This document shows, in pieces, positions 1 through 12,874 of a stretch of 64,000 bases of DNA. The DNA lies in contig CP075494.1 of the NCBI GenBank assembly GCA_021613535.1, positions 2,046,001-2,110,000 on the forward strand, written 5' to 3'. The stretch's first letter is position 1. Each line of letters opens with the position of its first letter. The notes under the pieces were generated by a model, which searched no databases, was not told the origin of the DNA, and saw only the letters and a list, made by a program, of their open reading frames with translations. Both the position numbers and the translations under genes were made by a program. The DNA comes from Adineta vaga (lineage: Eukaryota; Animalia; Rotifera).

Positions 1-230
1 TCTATATATATATATAAAGAAGAAAGTTTCTTTGACTTTCTGTATGTTCGCTATGTATTCAATCCCTATGTATTAGCTACAGTCATCAAAATTTACATGG
101 TGCTTCGCTATAGACCCAGGGGAAGATCGACATACGATCGATTTTTCACATAGGGTTGTGAGGGGAGGGAATACCTTGGTGAAGTTTCATCCAAATCCAA
201 TGACAGTGAAATTTTCGTCAATCTTTGAAA
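1..230 (+). mobile_element. 5' part of a non-autonomous Helitron-like element
   Basis: Begins TCTATATATATATATAAAGAAGAAAGTTT...TTCGCTATG, matching the reverse complements of the element ends at about 40111 and 40726. Internal GTGAAGTTTCATCCAAATCC subrepeat. No 3' CTAG end found. Confidence 0.7.
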
Positions 231-529
231 AATTAAGAGAATTTCTCACTATTCTAACATTTATTATACATATTAATATTTTTAATATGTAAACAAGATT
301 AGTGTCATTTAGAGGGACACGAATGAGGGGAACATTTAGGTGAACTTGAAGTTGCAGCGCATGTGGATATGGTTAATGATTAGAGTAAAGGTGAAAGGAT
401 AAGAATGCGGATGAGGATGCAATGCTGAGGGGAACCCCGATTAAGGAAACAAATGTTAGTGAATACTTTCGTAGAGCTAAATCCAAAGTAATGAATTTGA
501 TAGTACTTCAGTTTTTGTTTTATTTTTAC

Positions 530-2271
530 CTAATAATAGAATTAAATAGATACGAGTAATAATTCTTTGTTGTTTGATACTGTTTTCTGTTTTATCATTA
601 ATATTCTTGAATAAATTTAATTTCTTCATTGATTCAATTGGTTTGAACATGTTTATATTTTCATAAACTATAAAATAAACAAATTTTATCTATAAAAAAA
701 TCTGATATATTTTATTCAAAATTTACTTGAGATTTCATTTGAATAATTTGTAATTTTAAACCAAATAGAAATAACCCATGATGCAATTAAACGAAGTATA
801 ATAATAAGACCACCATAAAGACTAATAAAAAGTGTAATTGTATAAGCTAAATTTGTTTTCTCTATTGTTGTATATGTGCATATTGACGGTGAACATTGAT
901 CAAAATATGAAGAATAATTCATATTCGTTGACCAATTTGAAGTAAAAAATGTTTGTAAATAATCTCCTATGGAATTATTATCTTGTTTAGAAGATAAAAT
1001 CGAATTATTCCAATTAAAGTTTGTCTAAATAAAAGAATAAATATGCTGAAGATATAATAGGAAACTATTCAAACTTGTTCGAGATTTGGAAAATAGTTTT
1101 CTAATAATTGAATACATTCCGATTCGTACAAACAATCGAGTGTACTTGCAAGAAGTGCATCAAAAACAGTACATGCTACAAAGAAACCGTTTACGATTGT
1201 AGAATCAGGACGTGGTTCTGCAAAGATTTGCACTACAACATCACTAAGATTCATTGGTTGTGGAGAAAGGATAGCTGCATTTATTGGATCATTTCCTGAT
1301 GAGCTTACATCACATGCATCGAGAACGAAGGGAGTTGTGCTTATATATGATGCTGAAACTCCATATATCTCAGGGACATCACTAGAATAATCTACTACCA
1401 TCAAATAATTTGTACCAAGAGCTGAAATTAAATTATTTCTTTTAATTGTTATTTTCCAATAATTGAAGAATGATATCATTCGACCGAATGCATCATTCTT
1501 CTGAGATTCAATGGTACCATCTATTTCCAATTGAATTGCTATTTTAGGTAGAAGATTAATTGTTAGAAAGTCAGTATTATTAATATCAGTTTGTATTTGC
1601 GAAATAATCTCTCGAGAAAGTAAACAAAGTCTAGAGAGAAGTTCAAACTAAATGAAATAATCATTTGAAATATCTATACAAGTAAAATTTAATATTGACT
1701 TTCACCTGTGAATAAGCTACTTTTCGAAAATCCCATGTTTCATAATGAGTAGCATTTTCAATATTTAATCCTTCAATCCATTCTTTACTAATAAAAACAC
1801 TTGAACAAACAGGATGCATTATAATATTATTTGAAATAAAATTCTTATATGGTATTGTAATTGTTGAACATGGACATGAAAGAGTTTCAGCATGTTCAGC
1901 ATATAATTGATGAAAAATATTAGGTGTTATATTGTCGATAATCACTGTTTTAGATTCTGTTTTGATTAAAGTTCCATAAAACAATATATAAAGACTTACT
2001 AAAATAAAGAACAACTAACATGATGTTTTCTTTTCTCTCTCACTATCATTGCTCAAAATGAAACTAATTATTATTTGAGAAAATGTGTTATTTATTATTC
2101 ACCTGCAAGAAGTACAACATATAACCAAGTTTTGTATTTTTGTTGTTTTAAAACAATTGCTGGATCTTGAAATCTATCGTCATCGTCCTCATAATCATTT
2201 TCTTCGAACATGAAAAGATTATAACTTGACACCTTTCTATGAATCCATTCATAAATCATCTTTAGATTCAT
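530..2271 (-). CDS. Multi-exon membrane protein of an uncharacterised family with a repeated Cys-rich module; 3' end truncated or outside the window
   Basis: Exons about 2271-2103, 1998-1706, 1647-1075, 1024-727, 667-530 join in frame. Motifs LSCPCS, HPVCSS, STLDCLY..C, YFDQCSP..CTY followed by a TM helix. A second module starts (LNLFKN...QQRIITRIYLILL). Confidence 0.7.
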
Positions 2272-4206
2272 TACGTTGAATGAAATTAAGTTAATCACTT
2301 CTAAGATGAAAAATATTAGTGAAATATCTATGAATAATTCCTGGAAATCTAATCGAAAAAAAAGCGCACTTTTAGGATTTCTTCTAAATCTCGTAGATAT
2401 TCACAGACTAAATACGGTCATTAGTACGAGAGTAGATGTTTGTACGGCCGGTAATTGAAGGGAGAGAAATGGAAAAAGTGCAGTAGTTTTCTTTGAATCA
2501 ACTAAATGTTAAACGGGAAAATAATTTTTTTTTTAAATCGCTTCTTACTCTCAATGTAATTGATTGTCAAAGAAAATGAACTTTGCATCCAAGATAACGA
2601 GAAAGAAGGAGAAGAAGAAAACCTATGACTTTATTTAGAAATATTTCTGTATTTTTTTCAAACATAATTTTCCTAAAAAATACTTAAATAACATTTAATC
2701 TTAGATTTCTTCTTGATTAAAAAACCGTATGAATGCTTCTCTTCAACATACTCTTCTGTTATTATACGATAAAAGCTTCTGAAAATAGAAGAAAGCCATT
2801 CGAATATTGAAAGCAAGAAGTAAATGAGAGAGTATAGAGTATAACACTGCTACGAAGGACATTTTAGAATTTTATAGGAACAACAAGGCGAAATGAAAAA
2901 AAAGCAATTATTATTGATCTATCAAATATTCACTAGTCTATTATTCTTTGTACTTATTGGATTGATCAACTTAGATGAAGAAAGAAAATCAATTGTATCA
3001 TTATTTTTATTAAGATTTTGTTTTCATCAATAAACAGATTTCAAAACAAATGGAAGTCATTTCCAATATATTCATAGAAAGGACAGGGGTATGGGTCTCT
3101 TGTATTCACGTCCACCCTCAAGAAATCCAATATTTTTCTTCATGTTGGCATTAGTAAACTTCTATCTTCTTTTTTCTTATGTTAGATCTCGATGCTTAAT
3201 GCATAGCAAAAAGGTATGAAAACTATCTTTGGATTGATCTACCTATTCATCTTGATAAAAGAACATAAACACTGTGCGAGCTGCCATTTGAAAGTAAAGA
3301 CATAGTCACACCCTCAAGTAATTCTTCGAAGAACGGTATGGCGATGGGAACTGTTATTCCTCCAGTCGTTACCATCGAATTTGCTCTTAGATTAGCATTT
3401 ATACGTCACGCAGTCCTTTTCTGTTTCACTTTTAAGCGAATGAGTTGTTCATCAGAATAGAAGAAAACAATGTAATATTTTCTTCTCTCACTCAAATCTT
3501 TTTTTCTTCTGTTTTCACGCAACATAGAATACATTTATACGTCAGTTTTTTCATTGACGTAAACTTGCCGAACAAAGTACAATGTTTATTTTTTCTGACA
3601 ACCAGTTGACTAAAAGAGAAAAAAACTGCAACAAATTAATTAGGAAAGGCGAGCATTTTGAACAATGTTTTTCATATTATATATTTTCTCAATATTCTCT
3701 CTTTACAATTGTATTCTGATCAATAAAATCGTACATTATAAAATAAATTATAAGTTAGATGCAATGCTTTGGAATATATCTGAATACATTTATATCAGCA
3801 TTAAATTATTATTCAACTGATCAAATTTGTCAATTGTTTCATCCGAATATAAGCTCATTTTTAGTTGAATTCAATCTCAATTCAACTCTAATATTTATTA
3901 ATCATTCTCAAGTTATACAATTTGAATAAATCTATATCTATGTTTAACAAATAGAAACTGTCGTAGATTTACGTGGGGTTATCCGAATAATACAGCTGAA
4001 TGGCAAAGATTCAATTGTTGGTTGAAAGCTGTCAATACACCTGTAAATCATTTAAATGGTTTTGTTAGTACTTATTTGTAATGCATCTGTTGCTTTTTAT
4101 TTTCTCTACAGTATCAATATCATGTAAAATATTAGAGAGGGTGGGTGTCGTATATTTATTCATCAATCCCACCCACAGCCCTCATTCTCGAAAACATCAA
4201 AAGGAA

Positions 4207-6500
4207 TTAACGTAAATGTTCACTTCTTGCATGAGCTATGGAATTTTGTGTTAAAATTCTTTCTTCTGATTCTTTAGCTTCTTTACATTGAATTACGATA
4301 AATTCTTCGGATTCCATTTCGAATCGAATAAAACCATCATCTTCCTTATTTGATATTTCATCAATTAATTCTGCTAGATGTTTAATATTCTTAATTTCGA
4401 TACCATTCACACTTTTTAATACAGCATCTGTAGCATCTGAAGTGATTCCATAATTAACATCATCAGAAAGTATTTGATTCATAACAACAATCTGTTGAGT
4501 TAGTTCTTGTAGTTTACCATTATATGCTAAGCTAACGAAATGTTTTGGAGCTTTCTGATCCCAATCATCGTTACCCCATTCATACAAATAAAAGCGAGTT
4601 AATACTGTGAATACAATTCCAGCATAAATTAAATATTCTGGACGTTTATCATGAGAATGGTATGGAACAAGTGCGGGGATATTACACAGCGAACTTGTTA
4701 ATGTTATTTCTTCTCCTAAAAATTAAACATAAATTTCAAATCAAACAAAATCAATGGTTTCATTTCATCCGAAATGCATTAAATGAGAACTCAGCATTTC
4801 TCCTTGTTTCGTATAAAGTAAAATGAAATATACTTAAATCTACTTGTTTATATCGCACCCGTAATATAACTAAATGTATCTCTACTAATACCATTTAACG
4901 GATAAAAGAAAGTTGGAAAATCTTATATTTCTTACCTTGTCTTATAATTCTCAATGTAACTGTATCGCCAACAAATTTTGATTTTATCGAATGTATGAAA
5001 TTGAGCCTTTCACCACGACGAAAATAGATTGTACCATCATCAGCAATTGACTTATCATCCATAGCTATGATGACATCATCTTTCTTTAATATTTTGCTAA
5101 AAACAGATGCCGGTTCAATCGATGTCACTAAAATACCATGTTGATCATCAGTTAGTTTTAAATACTTTCGATAGGAGGAATTTTCCATTGATTGATATCG
5201 AAACCTTATTGTAGGAAAATTGGTATATCTTCCGTGTAATGCAATATCATCTAGCAGATGTTTGATTACTACGACTGGTATAATGTAACCAATTGATTGA
5301 GCTTCATTGACGATTTGAAATGACATACCGACAACTTGTTTACCTATGCAGAAAAACAGTGTCGTAGTCAGAGGTGTAGAAATGATGTACTTAATTGATT
5401 CGATACTGTTTAATATTTCTAGTCATTTTAACTGAAAAAAACATCAATAAAATCCTTTCTTTCATACCTTGGATAGCTGGTCCACCACTATTACCAGGAT
5501 TTATTGCAGCATCGATTTGTATTGTTAACAAATACTCTAATGAATGCGAATAAGTTGACATACAAACTCTTGAAACGACACCCTTTGTTACCGATAAATT
5601 ATCACCACCTATGAACAAATGCCAATGATATTAGAATACGAAAAGAAACGTAAATTATTTTTACCAATTGGATAACCAACAACTATTATAGATTCTTGTA
5701 ATCGAGGTATTTTATCGCTGAATGTTAATGGTTCTACATTGTCCCAAAATTGATCGTCATCGACAGTCAATATAACTAGATCACATTCATGTGCAATGTG
5801 TAATATACGTCCAGGATATTTTTTCGGATCTCCGTGTTTGCGAATACGAATAGTCGAATGATTTGAAACGCCATGAGCATTTGATAGAATCCATCGATCT
5901 TTTATTATAAACCCTGATGAAGTGTTAGCCACCTGAAGTCGCACTTGCCTAAAGTAAATAATGCAAAAAGACAATATTGCTGGAAAATGTTGATTGAACA
6001 CTTTCGTTTAGATCATGTTTATTATACTGCTCAAAAATTATCTCTCAAAAAAACAGATATGAAATTTTTAGCTTCATGTTCAGGAAGAGAACACGATTCT
6101 CCTTTTTATACATATCGTCGCAAAACTTTCCACTCAATCTCACAGCCTCACCCTCAAGATGAGATCCTTATCGAGAGTCTGAATTTTGTTAAAAAATACA
6201 AATCTCGAACAGATCTTACCAAGGTGACATAAAATTGCATGGAATTGAATTACAAAAAATTTCGACAACACTGTTTAGCAACAGTTCTAATGATTCAATG
6301 ACCTCATGATCAGTTTCGACATCCAATAATGAACAAACAGCTACGTTTGATAGTTGCCGCGTCAGTGATAATGATGACTGACGTTGTTGTTGATCTTTTC
6401 CTATACTATTTTCTAAAGTCAACTGTTTTGTACTCGACGGAGATAATTCATCAATCGGTGGATCCAGATGGCCTTCGGGTCGATCATTATTACCTTCCAT
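4207..6500 (-). CDS. HtrA/Deg serine protease of Deg2/Deg9 type (trypsin-like domain + 2 PDZ)
   Basis: Exons 6500-6220, 5948-5665, 5608-5468, 5343-4936, 4715-4207. Triad SNAH / HECDL / [13 protein letters not shown]; [18 protein letters not shown]; PDZ motif [14 protein letters not shown]; C-terminal PDZ2 ([11 protein letters not shown]). Confidence 0.92.
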
Positions 6501-7785
6501 GAAGCTATGAAAGTAAATATAGATCTAGAATAAACGCCATTATTTTCATAGAGAATGAATCGAAAATAGAAATACAAATAAGAGGATTTCTGATGGAAGA
6601 GGTGTGTGCGTTGGTGTGGTGCTACTATCAATGGAGGCCCTCGACCGAAAACCGAGTTTTTGAATGAAAATATTGGATGTCATCACTACCAACTAGACAT
6701 CCATCACAGAGCCTTGAATGAATGTCAGCAGAAAAACTCGAATCTGCTGCTAACTTTCATTGCGTATGCTACACTTTCATTTATTTCTTCTTCTCAAAAA
6801 TCGCATCGATTCTATACAAAGTCCACATTTATATACATGCACATCAGATGAGGAGGATTAATATGAGAGAAAAGGATCACAAGAGCAATGTAGAGGACAA
6901 TTTAAAAAGTCTTGAGAAAATCTTAAGTGGGAAAACATCAGAAAACTCAATATAGGGTTAAAGAAACTAACTTGATGGTATGGGTGGAGGTTTTTTTTCT
7001 TATTCACACCCACACCCTATACCAATTTACTCGTTTGAATTCGGAAAGAGTAATGTCACTAATCGAAAGTGTCTGAAGACTTTCAGATTTGCACGAAGAA
7101 TTCCACATACACTGATCTTCTACTATTTTCAGCTCGCTCTCAGGACATACCATTTGTCGATTCTAGGGAAGCACATGATGCGAAGCTAACAAGGCATGGC
7201 CACCTTGTAGTTCAACAGCTACGTGAAAATCAGAAGAAGTTTCCAGACTGCCTAAATACACCCTAAAATCTTGTCAGACCTGTTTGAATTTCTTTGGCAA
7301 GATATATATCTACAATATTTTACCTTTCTAAATAGCTGCAATGATTCACAATCAAAATGAAGCACCTGCTCTCTTATGTTTCTCCGTTTACGATCGTGTC
7401 TCTTTCATATCGATTAATCTTGACAAAAACTTGTTGGTAGATAAAAGGAATGTAATGCGATACAATGACAAAGCAGTAAATACACGTGCTCTTACAATTA
7501 TATACAGGGTAGCCATAAAACATGCCGAACATATATATGTCGTTTTTTACAGAACGCAAAACTAAGCGTTTGCAATTGGATATGATTAAACGATCTCTCG
7601 AACACTCGATATGTAGTTGGAGAAGAAAATATCTGCTTTTCTTGTGCGAAGTCATTACAAAAAAAGTCAAAAATGATATCTTTTGAATTCTGATCGTTAT
7701 TGTGTTTGTGTGTTTGTTTAATCAGTTGAAATAATAGCACTGTCAAATACTATATAAATTGACCGAGATTTTTGTAATACATATA

Positions 7786-8350
7786 CTAGCGCAGGTACCC
7801 GTTGATGGCCAAGAACCTTCCAGACTGAAAACTTCATATGTAAGAAAACTTGTCACTGCACATTTTTATTTATACCACAACATATTCTGCCGCGCATATC
7901 TAAGTTAGAACAACTGATACTATGTAGCATTCCAAATTCGGTCGTTTCCTAACAGTGAAGTTTCATCTATTGCGAATACATCCGCACTCACAAAATACTA
8001 TAGTTCAGCGAATGTTGTATGGGGGTGCGTATCTTACTTCTCAATGGCCCTCACTTCCGTGTAACGCCACCAGATTAGGGCGAAATCATAATAATAGATG
8101 GATACTCTAAATTAGATTAAATTTCAATCACCTTTCGTCTCGCACACCCTCTCGACTTTTTCCTGTACAGACGGAAGTTTCACGGACAGTTTGGTGACCA
8201 TTGCTATAGAATAACTTCCTCTCCATCCTCTATTGACCCGAAGAAAGCACGATGGCAAGTTTCGCGACGTTAGCTATCATAGAACCACCTGAGTAAAATT
8301 CCACCCACACCCTAATACACGGATGGAATAGACAAACGTACAATTATTTA
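7786..8350 (-). mobile_element. Degenerate non-autonomous Helitron
   Basis: Minus-strand 3' end ACGGGTACCTGCG-CTAG|T at 7786, similar to the end at 39414. Internal subrepeats (AGTTTGGTGAC, GACGTTAGCTATCAT, GAGTAAAATTCCACCCAC) shared with the 39.4-40.7 kb elements. 5' end eroded. Confidence 0.6.
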
Positions 8351-8569
8351 ATAAATCACTATTGTGATATTTCATGCGAATTATTCTTCATAGTCCTTCT
8401 ACAATGATATACGAGAAAGAAAATAAAAATTTAGTTTTATTTAAAGATAAAATCCATTCTCTTGACGTCTTTAACACATAATATATCTATTTCTGATAGA
8501 AAGAAAGTGTTTTAAATACGTCCATAATGCATCACAATAACACTAAACTAATCTCTACATTTGTTAAAA

Positions 8570-10775
8570 TCAGCTAGTTTTACATGTATCATTTGTTGGA
8601 ATAATATGTGATAATACTTGTTGAATCGTTTGTTCTAGAGTATGTCGTTGCGTAGCATCTCCTATCATTGAGTTATTGTTATAAATCTTAGTCACTTCTG
8701 TATATCTATCTAAAGCATCACTATAATTATTCATATCTTCTAGTATTTTACCAAGACCAAGTAATGTTTCAACTTGTTCATCGAGTGGTAAAGGAATATT
8801 TTGTTCCAATGCCAAGTAATAATTCTTCAACGCTTTATCATTAAACTTCAACTCACGATAACAATGACCAAGTTGTTTATAATATCTGGCTACATGTAAT
8901 GGATCCGAAGACATACCGAGAAATATCTTTTTATAGTTTAATATAGTTTCTAAAATACGAATTGCGACATCATAAATACCATATTTAGTGAGTATCTTAG
9001 CTAGTGGATATACTGAATCTAAAAGCTGTTTGATACCGATACTGTACTCTTCGCTTTGCATAAAGGACAAAAGTTCGTTTATTGGCCGAGTTGGAGACAT
9101 TAACGAAAACATCTTTTCAAAATGTTCGATACCTTGAACATACATTTCATGTTCTTCTTTGCTCATTGATCTGGAACTTGAGTATGTATCTGATGGTACA
9201 AAACCAAATTTTATTTCAGTCATTTTTTTATCAATATTTTGCATTTCAATTCGATCATCTTGAGCTTTAGCTACAGCATATAAACCTTCATAACACTTAC
9301 ATATTTCTTCTTTATCATCATATTCAGAAATTAATCGCATATACAACTCTTTGGCTTCGTCATATCGTTTATTATCAGTAAGCATACGTCCATTAACAAA
9401 CCATGGATTCATCGTATTGAATAAACATTCTAATTCCGTATGTATATTATCGAATTTATCATTCAAACTCATTTCGAATAAAAATATATGTGTATTGTCT
9501 TTCGAAATAATATCAAAATTATCAATAATGAATATTCGTCCTGGTGCAAACAATATTTCTTGTTCGTCAGGATGATTACTAATGTTGGATATATCAGCAA
9601 ATGGAAAGTAAAATGATGGATTTTGTTTTTGTATGGTAATTTTAAAAAGAACGATTGAATGAGTAAGATCAAATATTTTATGGTCTGTGGCTAAAAGAAA
9701 AGAGAGAGCAATATCTTTACTTTTCGAAGTTGAAAGAAAACTAGTGTTCATAATAAACGATTTCTTGCAATAAGCTATAAATAGATCGGCTATCTCGAAG
9801 GATGTTGAGCGTTGACCACGATATACAATTAATGTTTGATTATTTGTTGCTTGTGCCATTTTTTCATATAATTCCTTTCATATATCTTGATAAATAAATT
9901 GAAATGATAAAAGATCATTGATGCTTGATGTACGTAGTGCATTATTCAGTTTGCCATAAATAAATTCATTTTTAGTATAAAATAATACGGCTTTATTCGA
10001 TTCATATGTTTCTTGAAATCTATTAATATTTTGGGAATCTATGTGATATTGTGTTTCGAATAGCTTAATAAGATCTGTCTTGTTGGATGAGAAGAGTCGA
10101 GCATTTCGGAGACATATAATCATCAGAAAACGAAGAAGAAAATTTCCATCGAGTTGTTTATATGAACGCTCGATAGGTTCCGTATCTGAAAGACTATCTT
10201 CACTAGATTCAAAACCAAATGATATTGATTCATTGAATCTTATTTGCTGTGTCGCTTCAATGTCTGATTGTTCAATCAAATCGCATTCCATCTTACTAGA
10301 AACATGATCTGCCATATATTTGACCTACAAGTAAAGAATTAAATATAAATAAAATCTATTAAATTTCAAATATACAAGTATTTACTTTGGGATACAATTG
10401 CATTGCTTTTCGTTCTTCATCAGAATATGGAGGTTTGTTCAAAATAAGAATTGCTTTTACTTCTTCACAGTCATGAATAGAAGACACGACATCACTAACT
10501 AGTTGACCTCCAACGAAAACAGTTATTTGAACAGATTGTCTGGTAGATACTATATCAATAACAAAATCATAACATTCATCGACGTTGTTATAAACAAATA
10601 TTCTTTCAGCAGAATCTTCGTTTTTTGTTGCGATGTTTTTATACATTTCAATTTGCTGTTCATCGTCATGTACCACGATAAAAATACAGCTCGCTTCAAT
10701 TTCAGTTTTTCCACGTTCTAGAGCCATTTGAGCAAAAACTTTCATTTTATCGGCAGTTTCATTTGATTCAGTCAT
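8570..10775 (-). CDS. ADP-ribosyltransferase (R-S-E clade)-TPR protein with one in-frame TGA (possible pseudogene or split gene)
   Basis: Exons 10775-10386 and 10324-8570 (715 codons). Motifs YTKNEFIYGKLNNALR, VYRGQ, SFLSTS, EQEILF, then TPR helices. In-frame TGA at 9878-9880 (QDI*KELYEKMAQ). Confidence 0.85.
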
Positions 10776-11054
10776 GTTGTCTATTGCGCACAATTTCAAC
10801 GAATAAAATGAATTTGAGAAAGAAGAAAAAGAGGAGAAATTATGTAAATATTCATTCAATAATAAATTGATTGTGCATGTATCGTATTTCGAATGCTTTG
10901 CAAGAAATAGTTATTTTCTACTGCATTAACAATCTTGAAAAAAATTTTCTTTTTGTATTGTTGTTGTTGTATTTAGAATTATAAAAACCAAAGAAATTAT
11001 TTCGTTTTCTTACATTCTTTCTCATAAAGAATTCATCCCGATAAAGAATAAAAG

Positions 11055-11107
11055 CATCTTGAGGGTGTGGGTGTCGCTAGTCTCTCGATCTGCTCACCCT
11101 CAAGATG
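11055..11107. repeat. Telomere-like hairpin element, clean copy
   Basis: CATCTTGAGGGTG...CACCCTCAAGATG, a perfect 13-bp inverted repeat. About 20 related copies in the window. Confidence 0.85.
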
Positions 11108-11996
11108 AGATGATATGCACATTCATATCTACTTCTAGAAGATCCAACATGGTAATTGAATGTTATTGCACCAACAAAAATAATGATCTTCAGCCGGAAA
11201 GAATACAGACATGATTCATTGGAAATATTAACTAATGGTTGGTAAAAACCAATGAATATACGGGAAAATAACCAATCTATAGAACGATCCGATGTATATA
11301 AAAAGGAGTTCTATCGTAATACTATCATTCGACGATTGACACAGAACAGAACAGAACATAAGACATATCTATCTTTTATTACTTTATTCTTCCTTATCAT
11401 ACAAAGAAAAGACTGTAATAAGTTAATCTATAACGTTTCATCTAATACTAAAGTAAGTTTAAAAAATGCATTAATAATCACTAAATTTGACGTAATTTCG
11501 AACAACTTGAGAAAACGACAATGATATGTAACTAAACTTAGAGACTTGCTGTTTAAAATATTGTGATAGGTCAAATCTATTTCTAACTAATTTAATTTGA
11601 TTATCAGTATATTATCTATTCTTAGTTTGCTTTCAAACACTCATGTATCTAAAAAAAATGTAGATAACATCTAATTATATATTATGATCCTGAATAGTTC
11701 TCTTCTCGTTTTTTTATGTTTTCGTTCATGACAACATTTGTACTACTATGCATCTCTGAATTTCTCATTAGAAAATTCGACAATATCATTTTGTTTTGTT
11801 GACCTTTTTTAACTGAGTGATTAAATATCTCTTTTGTGAATAATCAAGTTATTATTCGATATGTGAATACAGATCGATTGAAAGTTGGCCGTTTTGAAAT
11901 TTAAAGCCTCGTATACATTTGAGATAATAAAGAAGTATGATTATTTCTCTGTAAGTTCTTACGCTTTTGTTTTTTTAGAGAAATTCATTCATAAAA

Positions 11997-12422
11997 ATGC
12001 CAGTAACGCTAAAAGATGTGATTAACAACACCGTCGGTAGTAATATTACTTATGTGGCGAATGCCTACTCAACTTCAGAAGGTCAATTTGTTTGGCTCCT
12101 TATATACACTGATGACATCGAGTTATCAAAATTAAATCTCACATTCAGCACGACAGGCACTGGAAGTTTAAGTCTAACAGTAGAACCAGCGAGTGAATGC
12201 ACTGTCTTACGTATTCCATACAAAAAGTTTCACAAATACGAGCGCACAAGATGTCGCGAACGGATATCAATTATTTCTCATACTCAAGAAATTTTAGTTG
12301 TTAATTATGAAATTCCTGCAAATCATTCGTTTATTATAACTAGACAAGGTCAAATCGTACGTCAAAAATACGGATCAAACAATCTCTTCGAAGATGAATA
12401 TGGAAACAATCATCGTTCATAG
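11997..12422 (+). CDS. Hypothetical protein, 141 aa
   Basis: Clean ORF with AAAAATG start and an upstream GTAAGT...TTTTAG intron-like segment. No family recognised. Confidence 0.5.
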   Translation: MPVTLKDVINNTVGSNITYVANAYSTSEGQFVWLLIYTDDIELSKLNLTFSTTGTGSLSLTVEPASECTVLRIPYKKFHKYERTRCRERISIISHTQEILVVNYEIPANHSFIITRQGQIVRQKYGSNNLFEDEYGNNHRS

Positions 12423-12795
12423 TAAAAACTGTTATAAGGTTGCCCTCACACACCTTATTTTCTTTCATTTTATCAGAAAATGTCGTGCCTATTCTTAATC
12501 TACATCCATACCTATCCGCACCCGCTAAAAGCTCTATACGAAAAAAAAGAAAAAGAAATACTTACGTTGGATCGTAAAATTCATTATCAATCATATAAAA
12601 CGAAGAAATTCGTTGAAAAAGTATTGATCACACGTTGTAAACATATGTCAACTATTGACTTACTCATAGAAATCTAAAAGGAGGAAAATTAATAAACTAA
12701 ATGTGAATATTTTCTTGATAAATTTGAGTAGTAACGATCGACTGCTATCTGTTGAAATTAAGCCTCAAAAATATTGATAAGAATCTTGAAAAATA

Positions 12796-12858
12796 CATCT
12801 TAAGGATGTGGGTAAAAAAGACACCTTTACTCTCACCCAGACCCTCACACCTTCAATG
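12796..12858. repeat. Telomere-like hairpin element
   Basis: CATCTTAAGGATGTGGG...CACACCTTCAATG, 16 bp beyond the Kelch gene stop codon. Confidence 0.7.
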
Positions 12859-12874
12859 CCGTAGTTATTTTTTT

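Noticed and set aside
2720-3060. Possible ninjurin-like remnant (LLLIYQIFTSLLFFVLIGLINLDEERK)
   Set aside because: Too short and broken by stops and frameshifts to support by eye.
6606-7746. Cluster of short overlapping ORFs
   Set aside because: No recognisable motifs or coherent exon chain; lengths are compatible with chance.
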